NCBI GenBank assembly: GCA_012026655.1
Contig: JAAILG010000021.1
Coordinates: forward strand, 62,001-126,000
Length of the DNA: 64,000 nucleotides
From: Hydrolagus affinis
Taxonomy: Eukaryota
Reading direction: 5' to 3'
Shown here: piece by piece, positions 38,781 to 52,943 of the stretch
How positions within the stretch are numbered: the first letter of the stretch is position 1
Layout of the letters: every line of letters starts with the position of its first letter
Program-made: the position numbers and the translations under genes
Notes under the pieces: generated by a model
What the model saw: only the letters and a program-made list of their open reading frames with translations
What the model was told of the DNA's origin: nothing
Database searches by the model: none

Positions 38781-40645
38781 TAACATTAGTACAGTACTAT
38801 AAAAAACATAGCTGATCAAACCACAGAAAACACTTTCGAAGTTGGTGCATAAAAATACTACAAATGTAATAACACAGCCTGAACTATGTCATTAGTCTAA
38901 AGCTTCCACAATTTCAAGCCAAATGGAAATTTTATCACAACCCAATAGGAGTCATGTGAAAGCAACTCTTTCCCCTCCTTTCCTCTCTTCTGTCATGGAG
39001 TAGTAGATTAAACAAAGCAAATACTACATCCCTTTAAAATCACATTCTGGAAAAATCTTCTGATCAGTTAATCTGCTTGTACAGAATTACCCTGAATTAT
39101 GTACTGTACGTAAACTGCTGCTTTGTGTGACATTTGGAGCTGCTCTTTCTCAAGATTCTGAAAGGGCACCTTTTCCCTCTAAAATAGCAAATTTGTGTAA
39201 TGTCAATTTCCTGCCCTTCTGCTCTTCTCAAGATGACGACTCTGTGCAAGGAGAGCAATTGACAGCTACAAGCTTTGCTCTGGGTAACTCATGTGAGAGG
39301 GTATTCATTATTCATGAGTCAAAATTAAAGGTGTTGACAGGTTATTCACAAATGGTGTGTTATTTGCAATCTAGGGCATCCCAATCGTGCTCTCACTGAA
39401 TTTTGACCAGCACAAGCTGTCCAGCCAGTGTCACCAGACAGAGAAAGGGAAGTGAAATGGTGGCTGATCTCCTCCGTGTAGAAAAAGCCATAAAAATAGA
39501 TCTAATCTTTTTTTTAAAAAAAGCACTACTTAACTCCAGAACACCCATCTGCATTGAATAGTGGGGCAGAAAAAGAACACATGGAAAGGAATAGTGAATT
39601 ATGATAAATAAACCTCTTGTGGTGTGAATAACACAACATAACAAGGAGTCTGCTGAACCTGAGTTATGCACCATAGGACCTCTGAAATATTTTTCCATAA
39701 GCTGTGCCAATGTTTATCTGCTATATAACATATACAACATTTGAAAATATTTTTTTCTGGCCCTGTAGAAATAACCTCACACTTTTCAAAGTGTCTGTTA
39801 AAAACAATTTTGTCCATCATCTAACTCTGCCTCCCGATGGGCTGAGCAAGTCCAAACAGTAAAGTATGAATTCAGCACGATATTAATCTCTGTAACATAT
39901 CAGGCCCACTCTGGGGTTTAATGTACTATTAAACCCTAAAATAGGAATTTTTTGGCTGATTACTTTTCAAGGGATTTCCCTGTATTTTACATGTATCACT
40001 ATCAAACTGGGAGCCCAGCCAGAAGAAACCCTTTGTGTTGGGCCCTGTGTGGCTCACATCACATAGGAATGAGTCTCTCCTTGAAGCAAGACACGAGAAG
40101 AGGCAGTCTGCTTTAAGGAGACTTCCCATTTGTCAAAGTGGAAACTAGATTTCATATACACACATTTTAAGCACAGGTTTAAACAAAATAAACTGCTGGA
40201 GTAGCACAGAAAAGCTGAAGGGAAATGAATCATGGCCCACGATGTGATCGCATCAGCTCTTTATTTATTGCACCCTTGTAGATGTTAGTCTACAATCATG
40301 GATTACTCAATTTAGATACATACTGGTACATATGGCACATCATGTCTATAGAATTGCTTAACGAGGCATCCTGGATAATGATGAATCCAGATTAGACCGC
40401 ACAGTAAAAGATATTTGGTCCATGTTGAATCAAGCTGAATTAAAACTCAGGAGTGTTGCAGCTCTAGGCCAAGGGTTTCTCGGCTATAATATTAAAGGAG
40501 GTCAATAAATAAAGCAAGATCCGTGGGAAAACTATTCCTGTACTAGTATGCAATCTCCAAATCAACACACAGCAGACTTCTGAATATACAATACTATGAA
40601 TTTGGGGGGTTTTAAAAAACATCAAGGTAGATACTGCTGAATATT

Positions 40646-40690
40646 CAACTCCAGAATATGAATCATAAGCAACTCCAGAATATGAATCAT
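40646..40690. repeat. Tandem duplication, 24-bp period
   Basis: caactccagaatatgaatcat occurs twice, separated by aag. Confidence 0.85.
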
Positions 40691-41037
40691 TTTTTGCCAG
40701 AATCAAGTTGAAACTGATTTTCTTGAATTACGGTACCAAGAACATTACAATATAAATTCCTATTCAATGACTAATCTGGAGGAGTGATTTAAATTAGTGT
40801 TGGTGCACTTGAAACATGACAACAGTGTTTGAATTGCAGTGTGTGAACATTTGTGTCAATGAAGTGTTGCATCAGGTCTCTCACTGTTCAGCATTATACT
40901 CCCAGAATACCCAAAGGTAATATTACAGAAAATTCTGCAGACTAGAAAATTCCATAATGGAATTTTGATGGTTACGACATGTAATTTTAAGTTGGTTATT
41001 TTGAGTTTTCAATATTGTGATCAATTTGCTGAAGAGA

Positions 41038-41350
41038 TAATAATAATCCTTGCATTTGATATAGGTATTTCACTTCAGGAGGCCATCTCAAAAGTGTTTC
41101 ACGGGATTTACAGTAGTGTTATGACTATGTTTAATCAGAATAGCAGCAGTAATTTGAACACCACAAAGTCGCACAAACAGCCATGCAGTGAATGACAAAT
41201 TTTATACAGGGGATTATTTATGGGCATACCGCCTCACTTCCCTTGATGAATAATGCCACAGAATCCCTAATGTCCACCTGAACAGTCAGACAGGACCTCA
41301 GTTTAACATTTCATCCAAACGATAGTATCTAAAACTATTCAGCACCGACC
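41038..41350 (-). mobile_element. Old SINE
   Basis: (aat)n-ccttgcatttgatat…cacaaacagcc…gtccacctgaacagtcagacaggacctcagtttaac. Confidence 0.75.
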
Positions 41351-41840
41351 AGCATGGTATTCGAATATCAAAGAACAGAGGTTTCCTATAATTGGATTGA
41401 CTACACCTTAGCGTGCAGTTATATTGATTTTTAGTGGAACATTTCTGAACCCAGGATTTGTATCTGGGTTTCACCTTTCACTAACTACACCATCACTCAA
41501 TTCTGAAGGGTTGGTCCATTCGTATCATTTCATGCTGTTCATTCTCAGTCAAAAGTAGTATACTGTATATTGTTACCTTTCTGCCTCTCCCCTATTTTTA
41601 AAAAAATTTCATTTTCTTCCATGAGTGTCCCTCTTCTAAATCCGCCTCCTTCTTTCCCAAACTTCATCTCTCACTCACTCTTCCACCAACCATTAATTTC
41701 CGAGTTGGCCCCACCCAACCCAGTTCTCTCTCTGGGCTCAGTTGCTCAACTATTTTTCACTTTCTCAGCCCTCAAAATTAGCTTCAATTCACCCCATCAC
41801 CTGCCTCCCAGTATGTAGTCCAGTAAATTCAACCCACTTT

Positions 41841-41901
41841 CAGCACTTTGGGATGTCCTCCTGACGTGAAAGGCGCTATATAAGTGCAATTTTGTTGTTG
41901 T
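41841..41901 (+). mobile_element. L2 3'-tail-only fragment
   Basis: cagcactttgggatgtcctcctgacgtgaaaggcgctatataagtgcaatt(ttg)n. Confidence 0.82.
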
Positions 41902-42061
41902 TTCACAAAGAAAATATGTACAGTATCTGGTGTGATTTAAATAGGACAGATGGTATTTCTTTGGATTTATTTACAAATAAGACAACTGTGAGTTATACAA
42001 CTACATTCATTGGGCAGATAAAGCTGGTGATTGAGGTTAATGAAAGTGACTTGCTCGGTCA

Positions 42062-42130
42062 AAGACCCGGCACAGACTCGATGGGCCGAACGGCCTCCTT
42101 CCGTGCCGTAACATTCTATGATTCTATGAT
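42062..42130 (+). mobile_element. CR1 3'-end fragment with (ATTCTATG)n tail
   Basis: cggcacagactcgatgggccgaacggcctccttccgtgccgtaacattctatgattctatg; homologous to the 3' UTR at 27940-27990. Confidence 0.85.
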
Positions 42131-44247
42131 AACAAAAGCCCGCTTTTATTCAGTGGCTCACTCCTTCACTGAAATCATCACTGACGTAGAGAGCAAAACA
42201 AGACCTTCACATATGCAGCTATTTACATGTGTCAGGGCAATGCCAGGAAGTTGGTCATGCAGCCCTGCTCAGTGTAGAATCAGCCACAAGACCTCTCCAC
42301 CTGCATGGAAATGTGCACTTTCTCCCCCAGAGGAACCCACCCTGCTTACCAAAAATCTGCTGAGTATTAGATGTAAATTAGCAAGAGCCAAGGTTTGGGG
42401 AGACTATAGTTGGTGTTGGAATATCCCTAGAGTTTAACTAGCTGAAGTCGTATAGCTTGTCACTAAGAGCACGTTCTGGCAACCTGCCCATTGCTTGGCC
42501 AGCTAAGACCACGTTACCCATTATGGCTTTGGCTTGCAGGACTAACAGAGGCTTAGGGGCTGGATGGGAAGAATACCTGCTGAATAAACAGATTGGCTAG
42601 ACTGTTTTCACCAGTGCCCTGGAGTACGATGGACCAACCATCTCAGGATTCTAGGCTACTGAGACATCCAATACAAAACAAGTTAACTTGTTCCAACATT
42701 ACGTTGCCAAGTACCCAATTTTGGAGCCAGCCAGCACCACAGTGAGGTAGTTGGAATATTTTTGAACAATGCAAACATTTATATTGCTTTCAGTTGTAAT
42801 TAGCTGAATTCACTGTGGAAACACAAGCTGTGCAGTTTGCACAGAAGACTTGCAAGAAACAGGCTATTAAAAAAACTCACTTGGCAGTACTTTATTGTCT
42901 ACACAGAAATGTTATAGTTAATAGGATTGATGAGTGGAAATACAAAACAGAATAACCCATAAATCAGGCACTGAGTGTCCATCCTTTGAGGTACCAGCAA
43001 CCAATCTATCAGAGTGGAGGGAGTTATACAAGCTAACATGCCATGTTTCTATGATACACTTGACCCAGCCACCGCCATTGCTTCTCCACTTGGATCTTCA
43101 GTTTATTGCACATGTACATGTCAATGCCAATGGTGGACTTGTATGCAGGACTGCTTTCACTCTTTCAATATGTTGGACCAAATGGCCATCTTCAGTCCAT
43201 TAAATTTCTATGCTTCCAATTGTGAGCAATGAATAGGACCAAATGGCGTTTCAAATTCAAGGACGCAGCCCATTCACTTCTGAAGGTTATAAGCTAATTG
43301 TACAGCATCTTACTCCCAGTCTACCTGTAACTAAATCCCTTGCAGTGCATGGGAAGATAATTTAAAAACTTCCATTTCCGAAAGTTACAGACCAAAATAT
43401 ATTCTTTGCTCCCAAATCCCATTAGCTGAAACCCTTATATAAAAAGGGCAACTTCATTATAAGTTAAAAAAAGGTATGAACTCATATGTAGTGTGTGGGT
43501 ACAATGAACAGATCATAATTTTGTCAAATCCTGTCATTGTATCAGGGCTTTCTCTGGATCTCTAAAGCACTTTGGGATAAATTTAATGTAGACAAGGGAT
43601 TTGATTGGTCGAATGAGCAGATATTTATGGGAATTCAAAACAATGTATTCCAAGACAACCTTATGAGATCAATGCTGACTTGGTAACAAGCAAGTATCTA
43701 CTCCAATGTGCTCTATTCACATAATGCACAATTATAATGAATGGTCCCCGGCAGGTTTTGTGGTAGATCCTCAAGCTGATTAAAATGCTCAGCTGTGTCA
43801 AACACTCTGATCAGGTCTCAGTCCCCCAATTTCAACATAAAATATGTTTGGGCAATTTTAAACAAGAGACTCATCTTGAATTAGTACACGTTTTCCTACA
43901 TTAGCAGGACAGGGATTGAACTGAGCAAAATTACAGTCCCTATTAACCCTTGATCAACAGCATTCCCACCTGAACTCAGGTTTAAAAAAGTTATGAAAAT
44001 GTGTGTTGGAAGAAGCAGCAAGCTGGGTGCTATTTCATTATAAATATGGCCATAGACCAGTAACCAGCATTTCAACATCATTTGCATCCCTGTGTCACAC
44101 ATTCAGCAATGAAAAAAGATTTGTCTTATGCTTTTTGATGAATTTATTTGCATGTAACACTAAAATCAGTTTGATGGAAAGGGTTCAAGAATTAACTAGC
44201 TAAACAGCATCACAAATGCCTACATTGTTCTGTAGATTTAGGTGTCT

Positions 44248-44490
44248 GCGTGGCTCAGTTGGTACCACTCTAGCCTCTGTGTCAAGAGGTTGTGGGTTCA
44301 ATTCCCATTCTGGGACTTTGATTTCGCAATGGAGGCTGACTCTGTAGTCAGGGAGCATTGCATTCTCAGCAGTTGTGTCCTTTATATGAAATGTTAAACC
44401 TAGGCCCTATCTGTTTGTTCAAATGGATGTTAAAGATCCCATGGCACTGTTCAGAAACAAAAGACAAAACAGTTGTCCTGGCCCAACAAG
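44248..44490 (+). mobile_element. Old tRNA SINE
   Basis: tggctcagttggtaccactctagcctctg…gggttcaattccc…ggatgttaaagatcccatggcactg. Confidence 0.85.
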
Positions 44491-47400
44491 CATTATAAAA
44501 TCACCAATATTGTTCTCAAAAATGTGTTAATCCTGAGGAACCAACATATAAGTGCCTCAAAACATAATGGGATTTGCACATTCATTACATTTGGCTTCTC
44601 CTAATGGAATATTTCCAGAATTGTTACAACCATCAGCTAAGAGGCTTGCTTTCGCTCTTGTGTCTTTCATTTGTGCTGAAAATGCTTTGACAGGCGACCA
44701 CAATGAATACAACACTGTATTTTTCTGGCAATGGTCTAGCCACAATGTTGCTTAATGCATTGAGATTTGAATGCCACAATTAATTTCCAAATTAAAAAGT
44801 GTTTTGTTTGATTCTAGCAGGTTGTCTTTTCAAAAAAAGATATCAGCATTCTATTAAATTTTCACACTGCATCTGGAATAGGTCATTGAAAAAAAACTCA
44901 ATGTGCCCGAAAAGCAAAATAGGCCAAACTAAAAAGTCAATTAAACACATGATCCCTTGGGTGTGGAAGCAGGATACGATGGAACAAAACTATAATATAT
45001 GTAATTGAATTAACCTGCTCATGTCAAACAACAGGTCTGAAACAGCGCCACAGGGAACAACCTTTGAACAAATTGAAAATAGCTAAAAGGGGCCAAACTG
45101 CCAATTTGAAGCATGCAACCTTGGTAAATAGACTTGAGAAGTGTTACATTTGAAAGTGGATCTTCAGCAGTCAATGTCTCAGCACAAAACTGTGATAGTA
45201 AACACCAGACGTCCTCCGGTAAATAAAAATTTTGGCTTCCTCTGGCTTTTAAACCGAACATAAAACATTGAATCTTAAATAATAAGTATTTTGGTTTTGT
45301 TCAGTTCGTTTTATCGATTTGCATTAAAATGTGTTCCATTTATTCCTTTCCCCCATAAACTGGAACAGGATATTGTTCATGGTGCATTTCAGCAATTTGC
45401 AGTGGTTTTGTTTCAAGAATTCTATTTCAAGGATTAAAATGGAGCTTCTAATTGTTCAAACACACATTTGGCAGAGCCCGCCGAGCAAAATGAACTTGCA
45501 TTTATTAAATGACTAAGGTCAATATGAACTTTCAACACTTTGCCTCTGAGTGGAAAGACAAGCATGAGTAAGAACACTCCCAATTGCTGGAGGATTAATC
45601 TGTTTCAGTGTTGCACTAAAGTTGACACATTGAATGTGTAGATGCTTTATGGTTATTCCGGAAGGAGAGGGACAATTTCAACTGATGTAAAGCTGTTTAA
45701 AAGTTTATTTACTTAGGCACACTTTTTACAATCAATAATGTGGTGATGACAGGTTGTACTTAAAATAGGACACCAGATTGCCCAACCCACCAAGATTATC
45801 AAATACCAGGAATTTCTGTGAAGTGCTTTGAAATATCTGGTTCTGATGAAGTGATATCAAGGCAAGGATTAATTTTAATACCAGCAAATATGCTAGCAGG
45901 AAGGGTGGTATTAAACTGCTCTACATCGTAGGAGGCTTAATGTTTGAAAATGTTCAGTTCCTAAAATTGCATAACAAGTTGCACTAAGATGCTGACCAAA
46001 ATCTCTCCTTTCAATTCTTAATTGTACCTAGTTTTGTCAATGCAGCAATGGAATAATATCATTGCACAAGAGAAGTGGACTTGTGGTGCGTGAATTGCGT
46101 GAACACTAGAGAGAAGCCCCTTGGTAATGTATACAAACGATCATACATAATGCAAACTGGTTAAGAAGGTTGCAGGTAGGATGGATTCAGGAAAGAACAT
46201 AGGAAAACATTCAACAGTAAAAGGTCAACCAAACGATCAAAGAGTGGAACTCCCCAACACATTTAACCTGGGTAAAATGGTTCATGAAGTTTCTTCCTGT
46301 AAATCAAGCAAAGTAAATACATTTTCTCCTAAAGTAAATCAAGCAAAGCTCCCAAGTACACATCTAACTACAACCAGCTTGCTTTTCACAATTCCCCAAA
46401 TTGAAGAGCCAACAACAATCTACAAAGCAATACCTCTATTTATCTTTGCATTCCACAATCCTGTCCATATTTAAGACATTCATCAAACTATTTTTCTAAA
46501 AGTGTTAATTGACAATGGCATGAACTGCTGTGTCTCCTTGAGTCCAAAGGAAGAGAAAAAATCCTTCTAATTTCAAATCTGGCTCTTGGTTAGTTTTATC
46601 CTTATGTTCCCTATATCTGTTTTTTTTTAATCTTATGTTCTTATGTATACTTTCTGTTTTTATGACAATTCACAGATTTTTTTTCTTGATGCTCATTGTT
46701 CACTGCTGCTATATTAAGTAACACAAGGCAAATGCAACACTCATTGGCTGATGTGTCTAAAGAGGCTTGCATCAGCACAAAATGGCATGAATGTTGAGTT
46801 CAATATGAAATCTTATACTGAACAATTATGCTTTTTGTTATGTTAATTAACGATGCTTCACACAAAGCTCACTAGCCTTATGAGTTGAAAACCTGTTATT
46901 CGCTGCAGTGTATTTACAATAAATAACAAAAATAATTAAGTATTCATCTTTAAAGAAAATGTATGCCGTGAATTCCTGGTGTGCGAAGTGGAGATCTCTG
47001 TCCATCAGCTTTTTTCTTTACTATGAGACACTACTCTGTATGGAGGATACTATATAAATGTAACTTGTTGTTAGCTAATCATTTAGAAAATGTTCAGTAG
47101 GATAGTTTTACATTCTAAAGAGTTGATCACCACAGCCCATTTACATTTCACCTAAAACTCACTAATGCTGGATTTCACTGAAACTTGAGTTCAACATGCC
47201 AGATCTTTAATGCCTTGTTAACTATAAAAATGTTTTCCCATTTATTGGAGATGCTGCATTTCCAATACTCTTGTACTGAAAACTCCCAGCAAGATAGTAT
47301 CCAAGTTAAGATTGTATTATCTCCAGATGTGCCACAGGATTCCTTTTCACACATAGAATGCAAACTTTAACTTATTTCACAATCTGACAGGCTCACAGTG

Positions 47401-47916
47401 AAGACTTAATCGCTGTGATGCACAAGGCAGCTATCATTGCTGAGGACAGCAGATATCACTCAGGTGGAGGAAAAGTCAACACTGGCTGCCTGTACAAGCT
47501 TTAATCTTTATTCACTCATACATGTGGTTCCACATCACTTGTCTCAAGATTGGTGTGAAAATCACATAAAGCAGACACTGAAAATCACCAATATGAAAAT
47601 AAGATAGCTATTGGCATGGTATTTGAATTTGTAATGTTATAACTTTAAACAAGCTTTTTTTAATGTTCAAGATTTATTACACTCTACAACAAGTGACTTT
47701 TATATGTTGGCAAACCGTTATTGTATACAGTGTATTTATTTTTAATAAAGGTTTATTTACACTGTTATAAATAAACATCTGAATGAAGCGTTTCCATTGG
47801 TAACTATCATTTTTGGAGGATAAAGTGTGCATTGTTTTCTGTTGCTGCAAATCTATAAAATATTGCTGCCACTTCACTCACCAGCTCCCAACATACTCTG
47901 CATGTGTGTGTGTGTC

Positions 47917-48076
47917 TCCATAACTGTTTGTGGGACACTGCTGTGTGCAATTGGTTGCTGTGTTTCTTCCACAAAATATACAGTGAATTCACTTTACAGT
48001 ATATTTTGTGAAGCACTTTGTGACATCTAGAAGACGTGATTAGGAGCTATATTAAATGCAAGGATTATTATTATTA
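47917..48076 (+). mobile_element. Young Deu-SINE, 5'-truncated
   Basis: Deu core, tail and (ATT)n. Confidence 0.87.
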
Positions 48077-49037
48077 AACACAGATTTGCAGCTTGATGAT
48101 TTAGCCAATCAAAAGTGCTTTCTACTTTCTTCTTGACATAGTTTCTATAATGGGAACATATAGATTTCATTTAGCTTGCACATGAATATTTCCTTCTCCC
48201 AGAGTAATGTGTGTGGAGCATCTCTCTCACTAACATAAGCCAGATGTTTCTCAAATCTATTCGGTTCTCAAAAAAGTCAGTTGAGTCGTTCCATAGCGCT
48301 CAGTGGAAGTCATTGAATAAATTCCAGAATGAGTGAATAACTGAGTATAGGAATCAGTTTTTTTTTACTTACCAGGGATTTAATATGAAATAAATCAAGG
48401 AGAAGAAACATTAGGATTCTAATGTGGAAACTGGGTGCTCTCCCCTTCCAGAGCTTACTAATGACAATCACTAGTGTAAAGCTTGGGAGTCTGCCCTCCA
48501 TGGAATGCGAGGTGCTGCGAGTGTACAAAAGTCACTTTTCTGGCCCTACATGGGTGAATCTGAAGGTTGAATCACTGAACAGCTTCAGACCTTAACCTTA
48601 CCGTGGCAAAACCTGAAATTACAAAGCTACAAATGTGTGGTAAATGATATCTGGAATATAGTTAGTACGAAAACTAATTACTGTACTCTGATTTTGAATT
48701 CCACCAACAAAGCTTAATAAAGTGGTCTTTTGGTAGAGTTTGTATTTTTCTTGTGTATTTTGGGTTCCTACTGCAGTACTATATGTCTAACCACATGTAC
48801 ACTGCAGTTACATAGTTTTAAGTGGTCTCTGGCTTTCCCTCCCTCTGAGTAAGTATTTCCCTGAACTGCAAGGAATCACAGTTACCAACTTAACAACAAA
48901 CAAAAATTACATTTTTAAAATTACAATTACAACTTAACCTCTGCCACTTTGCAGCATAATAGCTTCAGGCAGAAAAATCTTACCGGTCAGCACTTTAACA
49001 CCACCAACCACACAACACACACACACATGAAACGATC

Positions 49038-49260
49038 ATAATAATAACCCCTGCATTTGACATTGCACATTTTAGTCTGGAGGATTTCTCAAAGCTCCTC
49101 ACAGGATGTACTACTATAAAGTGCTGTGACTGTATTATGTAGGCCAATGTGGCAGCCAATTTGCACACAGCAACTCACAAACAGCAATGAAGTGAACAAA
49201 CAGTTTTATCTGGAGGATTATTGACCAGGACATTGGGAGAAACTCTATTTGTTTATCGAA
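49038..49260 (-). mobile_element. Old Deu-SINE 3' half
   Basis: ggcagccaatttgcacacagcaa…gaccaggacattgggagaaactc. Confidence 0.75.
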
Positions 49261-50469
49261 CTGTGCCAATGTATTGGAGCATCAGCCTACTTTATTATTT
49301 AAAAGTCTTAAAGATGAGGTATGAACCACTTTTGATGCTTCTGAATCAACGACAAGAGTGCTGCCAAATGAGCCAGGCTAACACACTTTAGAGGAGAATT
49401 AGTGGGCACTGTATGAAGACAAGAAAGGGTCTCAGGAGTTGGGAAATGTAACTTACAAAGCAATGGTAATGCCAGTGCCAAAAGGCCGCATAGTTCTGAA
49501 GTTTCATTCATTTAAACTCGGAGTTCCTAAGAACAGAGAAAGTCATTCTGTGAGAAACTGAGACAAGGAACCTATCCATCTGGAAGCCCAAACCAGTGCA
49601 ACGTGCTAGGTGTCTCTATTTTTGGACATTTTTATACGTTAACCCTCTCTGTGTATTTTCCTGTGAACACTCAGCCACCAAGTATAGAAACAATGAACTG
49701 GTAGGTTATTATGTAACGTACTGTACTTAAACTCTGTGAAGGAAAGTGAAGGGAAGACCTTCATTTCCTTTCATAATGTCAGCTTGCATCCCTTATTAAG
49801 CTCTTTTTATATCCTTCTATCAAGACACACTTCCCTTTCCAGACATTTTATGTCCCAAATTTTCTCAACCTCTCAATCCTTTACCAGGCTGCTGTCGGGG
49901 TTTGGTCTAACATGGCAGGACACTCTCTATCGGCCATAACAGCAGTACAGTGGGTGGAAACACGCTGATAAGATTATGACAGAGATTAATAAACTAGACC
50001 ATATTCCATCCTATTCTCTGGCGTGATCAGAATCAATTTATCTTTGACACAGCAATAAAGCCAATCATCCAGCGTTAAGCAAAGTGGAATTAGTGAATCT
50101 AAAGTAAAAGTAGCGGCCAATTGCTAAATTGTTCAAACATATTTTTATACACAGCTTTTGTACAACTGTCAGGGATATACAGTTTTAATTGCCATTTTGA
50201 TTGTATGCTACTTTATTATTTTTTCAAAGTAAAACTAAAAATGTCAAATAGACTTTTGCATGGACACAGTTTTTTTTGTGCAGCTGTGTTAGAGGGGCAT
50301 TCACTCCATATGAGTCATATTGTACATTAAAATGCTATAACACCACCACTACACTTAAGTAAACCCTAAATCTGTAAACAAAGCCGGTAATACAAGTGTA
50401 TATCTTGGACCGTAACTCTACCCTCCCTGATTCCAACCTTAGCTCAGGTGCGAAACACTGACTGTCCAA

Positions 50470-50530
50470 TGCCTTGGGACGTCCTCCCGACGTGAAGGGC
50501 AATATACAAATGTAATTTTCTTGTTGTTGT
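50470..50530 (+). mobile_element. L2 3'-tail-only fragment
   Basis: gccttgggacgtcctcccgacgtgaagggcaatatacaaatgtaatt…(ttg)n. Confidence 0.82.
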
Positions 50531-50619
50531 GAAGCTACTGCTGAAAGACTGAATATGCTAATCTCACTCCATCACTCAGTCCCTTCACTACATATTTCTG
50601 TTATTCTCAATAAGAACTT

Positions 50620-50965
50620 GAGCTCCTGTGGCTCAGTGGTTAGAGCACTTGTCTTGCAAGCTGGGGAGACCAAGCTGGGGAGACCTGTGTTCGAATCCAG
50701 GCAGGTCAGGGCGAAACCTTGGGCAAGTTTCCTTACTCCACACGCCTAATAATAATCTCTCCAAAAAAAACACACAATAATAAAATTGGTCATTTCAATC
50801 CATGACTGTGTGTGGGACACTGCTGTGCGCAATTGGCTGCCGCGATTCGCCCACAAATATATACAGTCAATTCTCTTTACAGTATATTCTGTGAAGCGCT
50901 TTGAGACGTTGATAAGATGTGGAAAGCGCTATACCAAATGCAAGGATTATTATTATTATTATTAT
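50620..50965 (+). mobile_element. Young Deu-SINE, full length, 14-bp head duplication subfamily; TSD AACTTGA
   Basis: Box A tggctcagtgg, box B gttcgaatcc, Deu core, (ATT)n; aacttga at 50615 and 50966. Confidence 0.94.
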
Positions 50966-52292
50966 AACTTGAATGTCCTTTTCAAAAAAAAGGTTTCCCT
51001 TCTTTTGGATTCTCCATTACTAACCTGTTACACTCACCATTCCCTCTGCTAAAAGCACCGCAAAAAACAATCTCAATCTGTACTGTTCTATGAAGTAACT
51101 AAAACATTTAAACTGTAGACCATTCCACATTGTGATAATTCTCTGTGAGCTTATAGTCCTTAGGAGGTTAAGCACTGAACTAGTTAGACTGGGTCAGTCA
51201 AGTGCTGCATATTTACACGCAGGCAGCTATCCTGCCAAAGAATGGTGGGATAAAAATAACAGCAACTGAAAGGAAATGAGTAAACAGAGAAGTGGAAAGA
51301 AAATTGAGGTAAATTGTCAGAACTCTGGAAAACACATTACAGTCAGAAAATGTTTTTTAAATGACCAGAAATAGCTGAGTAATCGATGTCAAAAAGGAAA
51401 GCATCTGGTACGAAGCTCACTGGTTTCTGCCTTCAAGGGCTTTAGTATCTATCTAAAGACAGAGGACTTTATGTGTTACATGATTTGGTCACTGAGGTTT
51501 AGTCAGATATGTAAAGTATGATATTTATGTTGTGGCACAAAATATTTTAAGCAGCAATTGTACAATTCAAATCTTCCAAATCATAACAAACAATCAGACA
51601 AAAAAGGCAATCCCTAGAAATTCTTTCCTAATTATCGACCATCGGGAGAGGGGGAGAAACAAGTACTAAAGAGGCTGCTTATAACGGCTTCATATCGGAG
51701 CAACTCGGGTTACTTTTCTAACCTCTTAAATTTAAAAATATCAGGAAGATATTTTTTGCCTGCACACAAAGCCGTAATATTAGATCAGCAGTAGTTTCCT
51801 ATCCTCAGTGAGGCAAGAATCAAGAAAGTGCAAACATCTATTGTTCCTAAAGTACTTCACAGATGGATAAAACAGCAATATTTAGCCTTTTAGATGTCTG
51901 TCTGCACACCATGTTGGTAGCACTCACTGAGTTAGAAGATGTGAGGAAGAGGGTAAGTGATTCAAACGACAGTAGATAGAGCACTCAAATTCAGCATCAC
52001 ACTTGTTAAAGCACTCATTATCTCCTTACATGGCTTATCTACCTCGTAACAAAATCTCGACAAGAATGTAGTTTCTCACATCAGCCTGTGTGAAAGAACA
52101 GCTCAGTGACATTTTCTCATCCTTTCACACATCTACATTCCAGTTCAGGAGCTACTAAATTCTGCAGCTGCTTTACAACGACATGCTCTTGATTAGGATT
52201 TTCTACCGGGATAAAAGCAGACAAAGTAGACCTTCCCTCTTGATCAACAAATCAATCTTGTTTAAAACTGAAAGCACTTCAAGTGATAAGGT

Positions 52293-52405
52293 CTCTTCGA
52301 CAGTGCCTTTGGTCACCTTTCTATCCCTGCCCCTGGCTCAGTCCTGGGATCTGTTGTTGTGAAGCGCTCTGAGACGCAGTCCGGCGTGGAGGTGTTGTTG
52401 TTGTT
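52293..52405 (+). mobile_element. Second L2 family 3' fragment
   Basis: ctcttcgacagtgcctttggtcacc (LFDSAFGH, ORF2 end)…gaagcgctctgagacgcagtccggc…(ttg)n; matches 11033-11150. Confidence 0.82.
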
Positions 52406-52943
52406 TCTGGAACACCCTGTGGAGTCAACACACACCCAATGTTGTGTTGTATATTGATGCTGAACATTAAAGAAGAAATAAATAGGAAGTATTCCATGTT
52501 TAGATCAGATCAGGGCTTTAGCATAATAAGGAGTAGTTTGGCTCATTGGAATTCAAAGTATAGATCAAATCTCGGTTTACACTCAGGCAAGCGTATTTCA
52601 GATAAATTCCTTTGTGAACAATACAAATTCAGATATCTATGGGAGGGGCAGACATTTCATATTTCACCCAATACTTTGCAACAATCAGCTGGAACATATT
52701 TATTTACGAACATCCTTCCTCATTCTGGATGAGAGCTTGTAAGATGTTGATACTGCAGCTACTTTCTATTTTCCCCCTTGTACAGTATTTACAGTCATGA
52801 TTGCGGCCTTTCAGTGCTGAACTGTGGAGCAGCATTAGCAATGGAAATAAACAAGCACTACAGTGGTTTTAGAAGAGGGTTCATTCATTCAGCAACAGGT
52901 TCCCAGATACTATTGCGCCTGGAATCCACCAAATTCATTCTTA

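Noticed and set aside
48602-48612. 11-nt microexon candidate (tttcag|GTTTTGCCACG|gtaagg, minus strand)
   Set aside because: Frame-shifting with a weak pyrimidine tract; such pairs are expected by chance in 60 kb without expression evidence.
50620-50705. tRNA genes (tRNA-like heads here and at 5845, 9152, 17848, 20826, 36282, 38383, 44248, 60244)
   Set aside because: They lack a complete cloverleaf and run directly into SINE bodies, so they are SINE heads.
52293-52310. Apparent shared 5' breakpoint between the L2 fragments at 11150 and 52303
   Set aside because: The 52-kb copy extends further 5' (ctcttcgac, LFD codons), so the breakpoints differ.
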